This document shows positions 9,983 through 18,788 of a DNA stretch of 32,000 nt, piece after piece. Source of the DNA: Xylella taiwanensis (GTDB taxonomy: Bacteria; Pseudomonadota; Gammaproteobacteria; Xanthomonadales; Xanthomonadaceae); contig NZ_CP053627.1 in assembly GCF_013177435.1 (NCBI RefSeq), positions 1,860,001-1,892,000 on the forward strand, written 5' to 3'. The position numbers and the translations under genes were made by a program. How positions within the stretch are numbered: the first letter of the stretch is position 1; every line of letters starts with the position of its first letter. The notes beneath the pieces were generated by a model, which saw only the letters and a program-made list of their open reading frames with translations, was not told the origin of the DNA and did not search any database.

Positions 9983-10270
9983 AAAGTCTTCACATTTCAT
10001 GAGTTTCTTAGTGATAAACATCCAGTAACTCAAGGTATCAAATATTGCATCATACTTGTGAAAACTTATATTTATACAAACTTCCAACTCACTTGGAATT
10101 GATCTGCAACATGCCATAGCAACTAGCAATAGCTCAATGTCTACAATACCCCAAAAAAAGTGCTAATACACCTCCATCACACATAATTTCTTGATATCAC
10201 TGGATTTAGCTGTAGGTTTCAGGTAACGCATTGTGTTTGTAAAACAATGGGAAAAAATCGAAGGTGTTGC

Positions 10271-10936
10271 TCAATTTTTTGAAGACACCGATTGCCGCAA
10301 GAACGCAAAAAATTTCCTACGGTCGTAGCTCTTACCTTTCTGAAAATCAGCAGGGAACTGCGAACTCAGCAATTTGGCATCAGCGTCGAGCACGAACAAG
10401 TGAGGATAAATCTTCACTTTTGGGAAATGAGCCAGAAACATCTCATTTTTATTTTCAGCGCTAACGTTAACCTTCATCCAAATAAAATGAGCGTCACGAA
10501 AACTTCGCATCTCAGCATCGCCACCGATAAACTCATCCAGCACACGGCACCAGGAACACCTCTCGCTACCGAGGTTCAGTATGATTCGCTTACCACCACG
10601 TTTAGCTTCGACCTTCGCGGTCGCTAAGTCTGCTACTGCATCACGACCCGGATCAAACTGAGCATTAAGAGCCGCCGCCGCAGCGATGTCTGCAGCCGTT
10701 GGTGTATTGCCCGAAGCCACTGGTTGAGTCGGATCAGCGACCGGCGGCTTCTGCATCGTGGTATCCACGGGATGAGGCGTCGCAGAATCCGATAAAGATC
10801 CATAACAAGCAGTGATGAGAACCATCAAGGCAACAAGAAAGATCCTTAATATCGAACCTAACAAAACCGCGTTCATACTCGTCATCCACATCACATATGT
10901 CTCATCATTCATGGTCCAATCGGTTACAAAACCCAC
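10271..10936 (-). CDS. Thioredoxin-fold lipoprotein (CxxC = CSWC)
   Basis: Lipobox LVALMVLITAC, a Pro/Ala/Thr-rich linker, then GGKRIILNLGSERCSWCRVLDEFI...IWMKVNVS...YPHLFVLD, which is thioredoxin-like. The start is uncertain: GTG at 10936, or in-frame ATGs at 10912, 10888, 10885 or 10876. Confidence 0.7.
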   Translation of the reverse strand: MGFVTDWTMNDETYVMWMTSMNAVLLGSILRIFLVALMVLITACYGSLSDSATPHPVDTTMQKPPVADPTQPVASGNTPTAADIAAAAALNAQFDPGRDAVADLATAKVEAKRGGKRIILNLGSERCSWCRVLDEFIGGDAEMRSFRDAHFIWMKVNVSAENKNEMFLAHFPKVKIYPHLFVLDADAKLLSSQFPADFQKGKSYDRRKFFAFLRQSVSSKN

Positions 10937-11541
10937 CGTCCAAAAGCAACTCTTTAGAGCAGGTCAACGTGAATTTTAATTTAAATCGTGCAGCACCTTA
11001 GAATGGTTAACGAAATTCAGCGTAAATTTCAAAAAATAACCGTTCATCCTTTTCGTATCGACATATCGCTGTTCGATAAGAATATCAGCCACTCTTAAAA
11101 GGCCCAACCCATAAACCAAGAAAATTCGGATATCAAAAAGCGATTTCCCAACAAAAAAAGAATCAACTTGAGGTGTCATCGATCCCAAGCAATTTGACTC
11201 ACCCACAACTGCAACAATATGCGCATAGCATTACAATAAATCACCGCGATGGGAGTACATCAACTTGCATTGTTATGCCCCACCACCTATACGTACTGCA
11301 ACCTGAAATCCTGTCACTAGGCTACTTACGCAGTCTGACACTCAGATTGTATTTTTCACAGGCATTCAACTTGACACACATTGAACTACATACAAAAACT
11401 ATTGTATCGACATATATTTTCAATGGTGCATACATTTAAAGATATATGGAACGTGATATCAACGCGACATGCAGACCTGCAAAAATCTAAGAACAGCAAA
11501 CGAAACAACCCAAAACTACATCCCATTGTTGGACAACACTC

Positions 11542-13506
11542 TCAGCCCTCCTTCCTAGAGGCTTTAGCTGCCTGTACAACTTCCTCTCTCGCCAAGATAC
11601 CCTCCACCGAGGCGATAGTGATCGGATGGTAACGTGGTTTAAATTTTGCAAAAATTTGCTTAGCGAAATTCAATCCCTCATGGGTCTTCGACAACTCAGC
11701 GTAGATCGGTAAGATCAGCTTGAGCCGACCAACGCGCCCGATGAAGGTACCGGCCTCCAGCCAAGCAGCGGTATAACCACTGCGGATCGCCAATGGATAC
11801 CAGCGCATCGCAACCTCGCCATTTGGCGTACCGGTGAAGTGGTAGGCTTCGTCCAGCTGCTTGAGCTGCTCAGGCTTGAGTGTGTCACCCATTCTGCTGA
11901 GAAAGTAAACCCACTGCTGGGTCCCCCAACCATCAGTCACCTGTCTATTCGGCAATACGCCACTACCGCTCCAGGCAATACGCGCACTATCCACATTTAC
12001 GAAGCTAAGCGAATGCACCTTCTGCGCAACTGCCGGGATACCAGGCGCGTTAAGCCAACTGCCTAATTCCTCAGCAGTGATCGCATTGGGATCTTGGGAT
12101 AATAAATGCTGCTGCAGATAAAGGACAAAATCTTCGCTGGTCACACTCTGGAAAGCATGGCTGTCAAACCAACCACGCAGAAATGGATCAAACACCTCGC
12201 GCCCAACACGTTGCTCCAGAAACTGCAAGAACCATGCCCCTTTAACATAAGCAACCGGGCTCAGCGCATCATCTGGATCACGCTTGGTCAACGCCGATAA
12301 CACCAACATTTGATCGGCCTTGGGGATATCCTTCAACACTGCAAAAATATCCATTTGATCGACCTCACGCTCCATGTCGGCCATCTCCTGACCGTACAGT
12401 GCCTCAGTAATGCGTGATTGCACATAGGTCGTGAATCCTTCATTGAGCCAAATATCCTTCCACGAAGCATTGGTCACCAAGTTACCAGACCAACTATGCG
12501 CTAACTCGTGTGCGATCAACGAAACCAGCGATTTATCGCCAACGATCACCGTTGGAGTGACGAAGGTCAGACGTGGATTCTCCATACCACCAAATGGAAA
12601 TGACGACGGCAAAACCAGCATGTCGTAACGTCCCCAACGATACTGACCATATAGAGCCTCGGCGGTACCGATCATTTTTTCGGTATCCTCAAACTCCTTT
12701 GCCGCCTTATCTACCATGATCGGCTCGGCCCAAACCCCAGAACGCCTAGAGATTGGCTTAAAAACCAGATCACCTGCAGCAATCGCCAGCAGATAGGAGG
12801 GTATCGGCTCAGCCATTTTGAAGTGGTAATCACCACCGCGTACTGCGTTCGGATCGTTGTCGGCGCTCATCAACACCATCACATCTGGACGCGAAACGAT
12901 GTGGGCCGTGTAGGTAAAACGCACACCTGGGGTGTCCTGGAGCGGCACCCAACTGCGGGCATGGATCGCCTGAGATTGACTGAACATGAAAGGCAACCGT
13001 TTACCCTCGGTCATCGCCGGCTCCAGCCATTGCAAGCCAGAGGCGCCCGGAGCTGTGCGGTAGGTGACACAGATCCGGGCAGGCTGGGAGGGGGCCTCTA
13101 TGGTCAGCTTGCTACCCAGCATCTTGTTGGCTGGGAATAGAGCAAACTTAAGCTGAGTCAGTTGCCCTAGGCCACCATCAGCTTCAACTTTCTCAATGGT
13201 CAGTTCACGGGTGTCAAGCACTAGTTGCTTCGCATCCTTGTCCTTCCACTCAAGCGAATAAGTCGCGGTACCAGCCAATACCTTCTTATCGAAATCCAAC
13301 TTCAGGTCTAGCGCCAAATGCTTAATGACGACCTTGTCTGATTCGGCGTAAGAGCTTTCATCATGACGGCGACTATCAGCTTTCCCAGCAACAGCGACAT
13401 GAGCCGACTTCGGGAACGGCACCACAGACATGGATTTATTTGAGCAACCCACCAGAACGATTGCTGCAACCCAAAACAAGCGCAGGCACATGATCAAAGG
13501 ACACAT
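11542..13506 (-). CDS. M1-family zinc aminopeptidase (leukotriene A4 hydrolase/aminopeptidase-like), predicted lipoprotein
   Basis: GGMENP, HELAHSWSGNLVT (HExxH) and WLNEGFTTY (distal Glu) motifs, with a Leuk-A4-hydrolase-like C-terminus. The N-terminus MCPLIMCLRLFWVAAIVLVGCSNK has a lipobox. The track start at 13521 is a GTG; ATGs lie at 13506 and 13491. Confidence 0.85.
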   Translation of the reverse strand: MCPLIMCLRLFWVAAIVLVGCSNKSMSVVPFPKSAHVAVAGKADSRRHDESSYAESDKVVIKHLALDLKLDFDKKVLAGTATYSLEWKDKDAKQLVLDTRELTIEKVEADGGLGQLTQLKFALFPANKMLGSKLTIEAPSQPARICVTYRTAPGASGLQWLEPAMTEGKRLPFMFSQSQAIHARSWVPLQDTPGVRFTYTAHIVSRPDVMVLMSADNDPNAVRGGDYHFKMAEPIPSYLLAIAAGDLVFKPISRRSGVWAEPIMVDKAAKEFEDTEKMIGTAEALYGQYRWGRYDMLVLPSSFPFGGMENPRLTFVTPTVIVGDKSLVSLIAHELAHSWSGNLVTNASWKDIWLNEGFTTYVQSRITEALYGQEMADMEREVDQMDIFAVLKDIPKADQMLVLSALTKRDPDDALSPVAYVKGAWFLQFLEQRVGREVFDPFLRGWFDSHAFQSVTSEDFVLYLQQHLLSQDPNAITAEELGSWLNAPGIPAVAQKVHSLSFVNVDSARIAWSGSGVLPNRQVTDGWGTQQWVYFLSRMGDTLKPEQLKQLDEAYHFTGTPNGEVAMRWYPLAIRSGYTAAWLEAGTFIGRVGRLKLILPIYAELSKTHEGLNFAKQIFAKFKPRYHPITIASVEGILAREEVVQAAKASRKEG

Positions 13507-13778
13507 GAACGGCACCAACACAGGGAACAGCAGCGATTCTACTCGAGCAACTTAGCGCGCGTGTTCAGGGCAAGTCAAAGTGACGCAGCGCAGGCCTTGG
13601 CAAAATCGTAAAGAAGACCGCCTCATGGATGACCCCATCAGTGGCACTGACAAGTCTCTAGAATCCAGAGACAGATAATACGTTCCGCTCAACCGCAAAC
13701 ACGCATCTACACCAATGACATGCATTCATCACTCATAACCAGATTGACCTTGCGACAATGGCCGTCACGAGGCAACAA

Positions 13779-14540
13779 TCAGTACTTATATCCGGAATGA
13801 ATCGCAACAATGCCGCCGGTCAAGTTCTTGTAGCGACAACGCCCAAACCCAGCCGCCACCATCATCGCCTTCAACTCTTCCTGCGGCGGATGCTTCCGGA
13901 TGCTCTCAGCAAGGTAACGATAGCTGTCAGCATCACTGGCAAACAAGCGCCCCAAACGCGGTAACACCTGGAATGAGTGAAAATCATAAATTGGCTTGAA
14001 CCACTCGGCAGTCACCGCAGAGAATTCCAACACCCGTGCCTGCCCGCCGACCTTCATCACCCGGAACATCTCGCGCAGCGCTGTATCCTTGTCAGTGACA
14101 TTACGTAAACCAAAAGACATCGTCACCAAGTCGAAGCATTTATCCTGAAACGGCAGTGCTTCAGCGTTGCATTGCACATAGTCCAGACCAGCCACGACGC
14201 CGCGATCAATGAGCCGATCGCGTCCAACGGACAGCATACTGGCGTTGATATCACCAAGTACGATGCCCCCCTCTGCACCGACCCGATCCTTCAACAGCAT
14301 TGCGATATCACCGGTGCCACCTGCAAGGTCAAGCACACAGTCGCCTGACTTAACCTGAGCAGTAGCGACGAAGTAACGCTTCCAGGCACGGTGAATACCC
14401 AGGCTCATCAGATCGTTCATCAAGTCGTAGCGACGTGCAACCGAAGTAAACACCTCAGCAACCAGCGTCTTCTTGTCCTTGGCAGCAATCTCTCGGAAAC
14501 CAAAATGAGTAGTGCCGGTTTTATAGGGAGATTCACTCAT
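13779..14540 (-). CDS. ubiE: Ubiquinone/menaquinone biosynthesis C-methyltransferase UbiE
   Basis: 253 aa. THFGFREIAAKDKKTLVAEVFTSVARRYDLMNDLMSLGIHRAWKR, VLDLAGGTGD (SAM motif I) and RVLEFS... are typical of the UbiE/MenG family. Confidence 0.9.
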   Translation of the reverse strand: MSESPYKTGTTHFGFREIAAKDKKTLVAEVFTSVARRYDLMNDLMSLGIHRAWKRYFVATAQVKSGDCVLDLAGGTGDIAMLLKDRVGAEGGIVLGDINASMLSVGRDRLIDRGVVAGLDYVQCNAEALPFQDKCFDLVTMSFGLRNVTDKDTALREMFRVMKVGGQARVLEFSAVTAEWFKPIYDFHSFQVLPRLGRLFASDADSYRYLAESIRKHPPQEELKAMMVAAGFGRCRYKNLTGGIVAIHSGYKY

Positions 14541-14946
14541 ATCGACCCCGATTATCGCACCGTCACAATCAACCTGAGAAGATCATGCATAGGTTTCCAG
14601 ATACAGCAATCTGCGTCGACGCCAGGACAATAGTGATCTAATGAGTACAGCCACAACCATTACATAACCTCAAAAGTGGTATCAAGAGGATCAATCTGCA
14701 AAACCAGTCCTGCATCAATCTCCCCAGCAAGTTCATTTAAAGTTTCGTAAAGAACATCTGCAAAATGTCAGGAGCACCCCCACTATCAATATTCGTTGCA
14801 TCTGGAAGTTAAAACACGTCTACTACCGCTGGAACACCGAACGACACCATCACAGCCATCGGTTAACGCACTAGCACCACAATGCGTCATTCACTCGATG
14901 ACCACAGCAATGTATAAGGTTGATACCTCCCTAATGTCATCCGAGG

Positions 14947-16311
14947 ATGCTCGCGATGCTCCCCCGCATAAGTGGCTTTCTACTCATTGGTCTTCCCCTC
15001 ATCAGCCACGCAACTGCAATGACCCAGCGCGCGTCCTGGGTGATTTCACACATTCGCGACTATAACCATCCCTACGCTACCTCGAAAACCGAACTAGACA
15101 CCAAGATGGCAAAGATGGCTGAAAGTGCCTATGCCTTCTACCGTGGCACTGTCCACCTGTTCTACCAGGACATGAAAACCTGGCCATCCTCACAATGGAG
15201 CACTCCCAAAACGGGTTTCACATGGCTCAACGGCGACCCCCACCTGGGCAACTTCGATGCAGAACGCAACAGCAAGGGCAAGGTCGTGTTCAAGGTGGCT
15301 GACTTCGACGAAGGTCACCTCGGCCAGTACATCTGGGATCTACGCCGACTGGCCGTAAGCATGGTTCTTGCTGGCCGCGACAACGGTCTGAGCAATGCCG
15401 ACATCGAAAAAGCGATCGAAACAATGGTCCGTGCATACCTAAAAAAAATTGCCACATTCAGTAAAGGCAACGCGGAAAAACATTTCCTGCTAGACGCCGA
15501 TAATACCAGCGGTGTCGTTGCGAAAACGATCAAAGCTGCCGATGCTAAATCGCGCAGCCAACTGCTTGCGAAATACACCACACTCAACGGCAACGAACGC
15601 GTCCTGTTGGACTTGCCGAACCTTGTCAACGTGGATGCAAAGACCCGTACCGGCGTGACGGCAGCAATGGACAGCTACCTTGCCTCCATTCCTCCATCCA
15701 AGCGCTATGCTGCCAACTACTACACGATCAAAGATGTGCGGCAGAAACTCGGATCGGGCACAAACAGCCTAGGTAAGCACCGTCTATACGTACTGATCGA
15801 AGGCCCAAGCACAGCCACTGACGACGACGTGATCCTGGAATGGAAGCAGGAAGTTACCAGTTCGATTACCATCGCTGCACCAACACAGATGCCCGCCTCC
15901 ATCTATCACAACCACGAGGGTGAACGCGTAGCACGCACAGCCAAAGCTCAGACCCTCCATGCCGACACGCTCATTGGCTATACGAGCATCGGCGACACAC
16001 CATACTACGTGCATGAGAAATCACCGTATCAGGAAGATCTAGAACCAACGGCACTGGATAGCGCTGGCAAACTGACCGCCGCCGCCGTCTATCTCGGTCA
16101 GGCGCTGGCCTCAGCACATGCACTGGCCGACCAGGACAACGATCTGAATGTAGTCGGCTACAACATCGACAAGCAAATCCACCACACCGTCAGTAACAAG
16201 AGACAACTGGAAGAGGAACTGCGCCAGTTCGCGTTCGACTACACTGCACAAGTACTGCTGGACTGGCAGAGCTTCGTTACGGCCTATCGTGCTGGCACGC
16301 CGCTGTACTGA
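14947..16311 (+). CDS. DUF2252 (COG4320) family protein with N-terminal signal peptide
   Basis: 454 aa. AESAYAFYRGTVHLFYQDM, LNGDPHLGNF and FKVADFDEG match the DUF2252 pattern. The N-terminus MLAMLPRISGFLLIGLPLISHATA is signal-like. An alternative ATG at 14956 has GAGG 9 nt upstream. Confidence 0.75.
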   Translation: MLAMLPRISGFLLIGLPLISHATAMTQRASWVISHIRDYNHPYATSKTELDTKMAKMAESAYAFYRGTVHLFYQDMKTWPSSQWSTPKTGFTWLNGDPHLGNFDAERNSKGKVVFKVADFDEGHLGQYIWDLRRLAVSMVLAGRDNGLSNADIEKAIETMVRAYLKKIATFSKGNAEKHFLLDADNTSGVVAKTIKAADAKSRSQLLAKYTTLNGNERVLLDLPNLVNVDAKTRTGVTAAMDSYLASIPPSKRYAANYYTIKDVRQKLGSGTNSLGKHRLYVLIEGPSTATDDDVILEWKQEVTSSITIAAPTQMPASIYHNHEGERVARTAKAQTLHADTLIGYTSIGDTPYYVHEKSPYQEDLEPTALDSAGKLTAAAVYLGQALASAHALADQDNDLNVVGYNIDKQIHHTVSNKRQLEEELRQFAFDYTAQVLLDWQSFVTAYRAGTPLY

Positions 16312-16505
16312 CCACCACATGCAGACCCCAGCGTTGCATTGCGCTTTGGATATGCCTGCCTAATGCCATCCATGGCAGCGGCTGACATCAGCATGTGCCG
16401 AATACCAAACACCACGGAGTAGCAATACACCTGACCGCCAGCAAAGAATTAAGTTCACACAATGCCTTGCACCACCATGAAGACACCGTGTACCTGACAT
16501 CGCAT

Positions 16506-17879
16506 TTACAAAATGTAACGGCTCAAATCTGGATCCTTCACTAACTCCCCCAGGTGCGCATTCACATAAGCCGCATCAATAGTCACACGCTGGCCATCAC
16601 GATCCGGAGCCTCATAACTCAGCGTTTCCAACAATCTTTCCAGGACCGTATGCAAACGCCGCGCACCAATGTTCTCCTGACGCTCGTTGACCAAATAGGC
16701 AATCTCGGCTAGGCGGTCAATCGCATCATCTGTAAAATCAAGCAACACACCTTCCGTTTTCAGTAATTCCTGGTATTGCTTGGTCAGCGCTGCCTTGGGC
16801 TCTGTCAGGATACGGATAAAATCAGCTTTACTCAGCGCATCCAACTCGACCCGAATCGGGAAACGGCCTTGCAGCTCCGGAATCAAATCGCTTGGTTTGG
16901 TGAGGTGGAATGCACCAGAAGCAATGAACAAAATGTGATTGGTCCTGATCGTCCCGTACTTAGTCGACACATTCGAGCCCTCTACCAATGGAAGCAGGTC
17001 GCGCTGCACACCTTCGCGACTCACATCACCACCACCAACGGTATCACCACGTTTAACGACCTTATCAATCTCATCAATAAAGACAATGCCGTTCTGTTCA
17101 CAAGCATCAATCGCTGCAGCACGGATTTCGTCTTCGTTGACCAGCTTGGCTGCCTCTTCTTCGATTAATAACGGGCGTGCTGCCTTAATCATCAGCTTGC
17201 GCTTCTGAGACTTGCCCCCCCCAAGGTTGGAGAACATCTGACGCAGCTGCTGACCCATTTCCTCCATGCCAGGAGGAGTCATAATGTCCATACTCACATT
17301 AACAGCCACGTCCAACTCGATCTCGCGCTCGTCCAGCTCGCCGCTGCGCAGCATACGACGGAACTTTGCTCTGGTCTCGGTCTCATGCTCAGAGGGTTCT
17401 TGGCGTACGGTATCGGCATCGAAACCGATACCAACGCTGCGGCGCGGCAACAGCGCGTCAAGGATACGCTCCTCAGCGTACTCCTCAGCTTGAGTGCGTA
17501 CACGCACCTTAGCCTGCTCACGATAAAGCTTGACTGCGGTATCGACCAAATCACGCCCAATTTGCTCCACATCCTTGCCGACGTAGCCAACCTCAGTGAA
17601 ACACGTCGCCTCGACTTTGACGAACGGCGCGTTGGCCAGCGTCGCCAAACGGCGTGCAATCTCAGTCTTACCCACACCAGTCGGACCGATCATCAAAATG
17701 TTCTTGGGCATCACCTCATTACGCAGATCTTCAGGCAACTGCATACGGCGCCAACGATTACGCAGCGCAATCGCAACCGCCCGCTTCGCTGCATGCTGAC
17801 CGACAATATGGCGATCAAGCTCCTGCACGATCTCGCGTGGTGTCATGGTTGAGGAAGTGACATCTGGCTTAGAAGACAT
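16506..17879 (-). CDS. hslU: ATP-dependent protease ATPase subunit HslU
   Basis: 457 aa. [33 protein letters not shown], Walker [26 protein letters not shown], and a C-terminal ...DLSRYIL. Confidence 0.97.
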   Translation of the reverse strand: MSSKPDVTSSTMTPREIVQELDRHIVGQHAAKRAVAIALRNRWRRMQLPEDLRNEVMPKNILMIGPTGVGKTEIARRLATLANAPFVKVEATCFTEVGYVGKDVEQIGRDLVDTAVKLYREQAKVRVRTQAEEYAEERILDALLPRRSVGIGFDADTVRQEPSEHETETRAKFRRMLRSGELDEREIELDVAVNVSMDIMTPPGMEEMGQQLRQMFSNLGGGKSQKRKLMIKAARPLLIEEEAAKLVNEDEIRAAAIDACEQNGIVFIDEIDKVVKRGDTVGGGDVSREGVQRDLLPLVEGSNVSTKYGTIRTNHILFIASGAFHLTKPSDLIPELQGRFPIRVELDALSKADFIRILTEPKAALTKQYQELLKTEGVLLDFTDDAIDRLAEIAYLVNERQENIGARRLHTVLERLLETLSYEAPDRDGQRVTIDAAYVNAHLGELVKDPDLSRYIL

Positions 17880-17945
17880 AGATAAACTCTAGATTGCGGC
17901 CGCAGCCATGCTGAATAACAAAGTAGAAGAACGAAGCATCCATAC

Positions 17946-18497
17946 TTATAACTCGTCGACCACCACGTTACGATTGGTATAGATACAGATATTGCCAGCG
18001 ATGCCAATCGCCTCGGTCGCGATAGTTCTGGCATCCAGCGCAGTATGTGCCATCAGCGCACGCGCCGCGGAAAGCGCATAGCTGCCACCGGAGCCGATCG
18101 CAACGATGCCATCTTCCGGCTCGATCACATCACCAGTACCACTGATCACCAGTGAGGTTTCCCTATCGGCCACCACCAACAGCGCCTCAAGCTTGCCCAG
18201 GCGACGCTCGGTACGCCAGTCCTTGGCCAGTTCCACTGCCGCACGGCTCAACTGACCATGTTTTTCCAACTTGCCCTCAAACAGCTCAAACAACGTGAAT
18301 GCATCAGCCGCTGCACCAGCGAAGCCAGCCAGGACCTGGCCCTCACGCCCTAAACGACGCACCTTACGCGCATTGCTCTTCATCACCGTGTGACCCAACG
18401 TGACTTGACCATCGCCAGCAATAGCGACCTTATCGCCACGACGTATGCAAACGATCGTGGTGGCATGAAAAACGTTAGGTATCTGACTAGGTTCCAT
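17946..18497 (-). CDS. hslV: ATP-dependent protease subunit HslV (with a 12-residue N-terminal extension before the catalytic Thr)
   Basis: 183 aa. [37 protein letters not shown]...[17 protein letters not shown]...GSGGSYA. The ATG at 18497 is preceded by GGAG with 5-nt spacing and by a sigma-32-like promoter. Confidence 0.95.
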   Translation of the reverse strand: MEPSQIPNVFHATTIVCIRRGDKVAIAGDGQVTLGHTVMKSNARKVRRLGREGQVLAGFAGAAADAFTLFELFEGKLEKHGQLSRAAVELAKDWRTERRLGKLEALLVVADRETSLVISGTGDVIEPEDGIVAIGSGGSYALSAARALMAHTALDARTIATEAIGIAGNICIYTNRNVVVDEL

Positions 18498-18520
18498 GGA
18501 ATCTCCAAAGGGTTTCTTGA

Positions 18521-18548
18521 AAGTGGGGACGCCTCCCGACGCTTCAAG
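18521..18548 (-). promoter_or_regulatory. Sigma-32 (heat-shock) type promoter for hslVU
   Basis: The minus strand reads ggCTTGAAgcgtcgggaggcgtCCCCACTTtcaagaaaccctttGGAGattccATG. CTTGAA - 14 nt - CCCCACTT fits the sigma-32 consensus CTTGAA-N13-17-CCCCATnT, and the -10 element ends 24 nt before the hslV ATG. Confidence 0.6.
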
Positions 18549-18764
18549 CCAAACGGCTGCAACGATTCAGCACATACCACAATTGATGCCAACAGACTGC
18601 GTGCATACTTGGTTTCCACCTCGTTTCACACTGCCATGCATACCCCCTGACTGTAACGGAATCGACGCATCACGCCAGAATGCAGCTTCATCCACTCAGT
18701 TTTGACGACTATTCAGCGCGATCCTGACGCGGCGCTGACATATGACGACATCGCCTGACAATGC

Positions 18765-18788
18765 TCTACACAAATTGTGTTGTGTAGA
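18765..18788. other. Perfect 9-bp-stem inverted repeat (TCTACACAA-attgtg-TTGTGTAGA), which also contains the 13-bp palindrome ACACAAATTGTGT
   Basis: Read directly at 18765-18788. There is no flanking T-run on either strand, so it is not a classical intrinsic terminator. It sits in ORF-free DNA about 270 nt upstream of hslV. Confidence 0.85.

Noticed and set aside
10976-11632. Short ORFs (76-88 aa) in the 0.6 kb gap between the thioredoxin-like gene and the aminopeptidase
   Set aside because: They are AT-rich with no SD and no recognisable motifs, and one overlaps the aminopeptidase 3' end. Support is insufficient.
16363-16376. TGCCAT-cc-ATGGCA palindrome between the convergent DUF2252 and hslU genes, considered as a bidirectional terminator
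   Set aside because: The stem is only 5-6 bp with a 2-nt loop and no flanking T or A run, which is too weak to call.
16776-17860. Multiple plus-strand and alternate-frame ORFs inside hslU (16776..17168, 17385..17852, 17294..17677 and others)
   Set aside because: They are antisense or out of frame relative to an unmistakable HslU, and none has family features.
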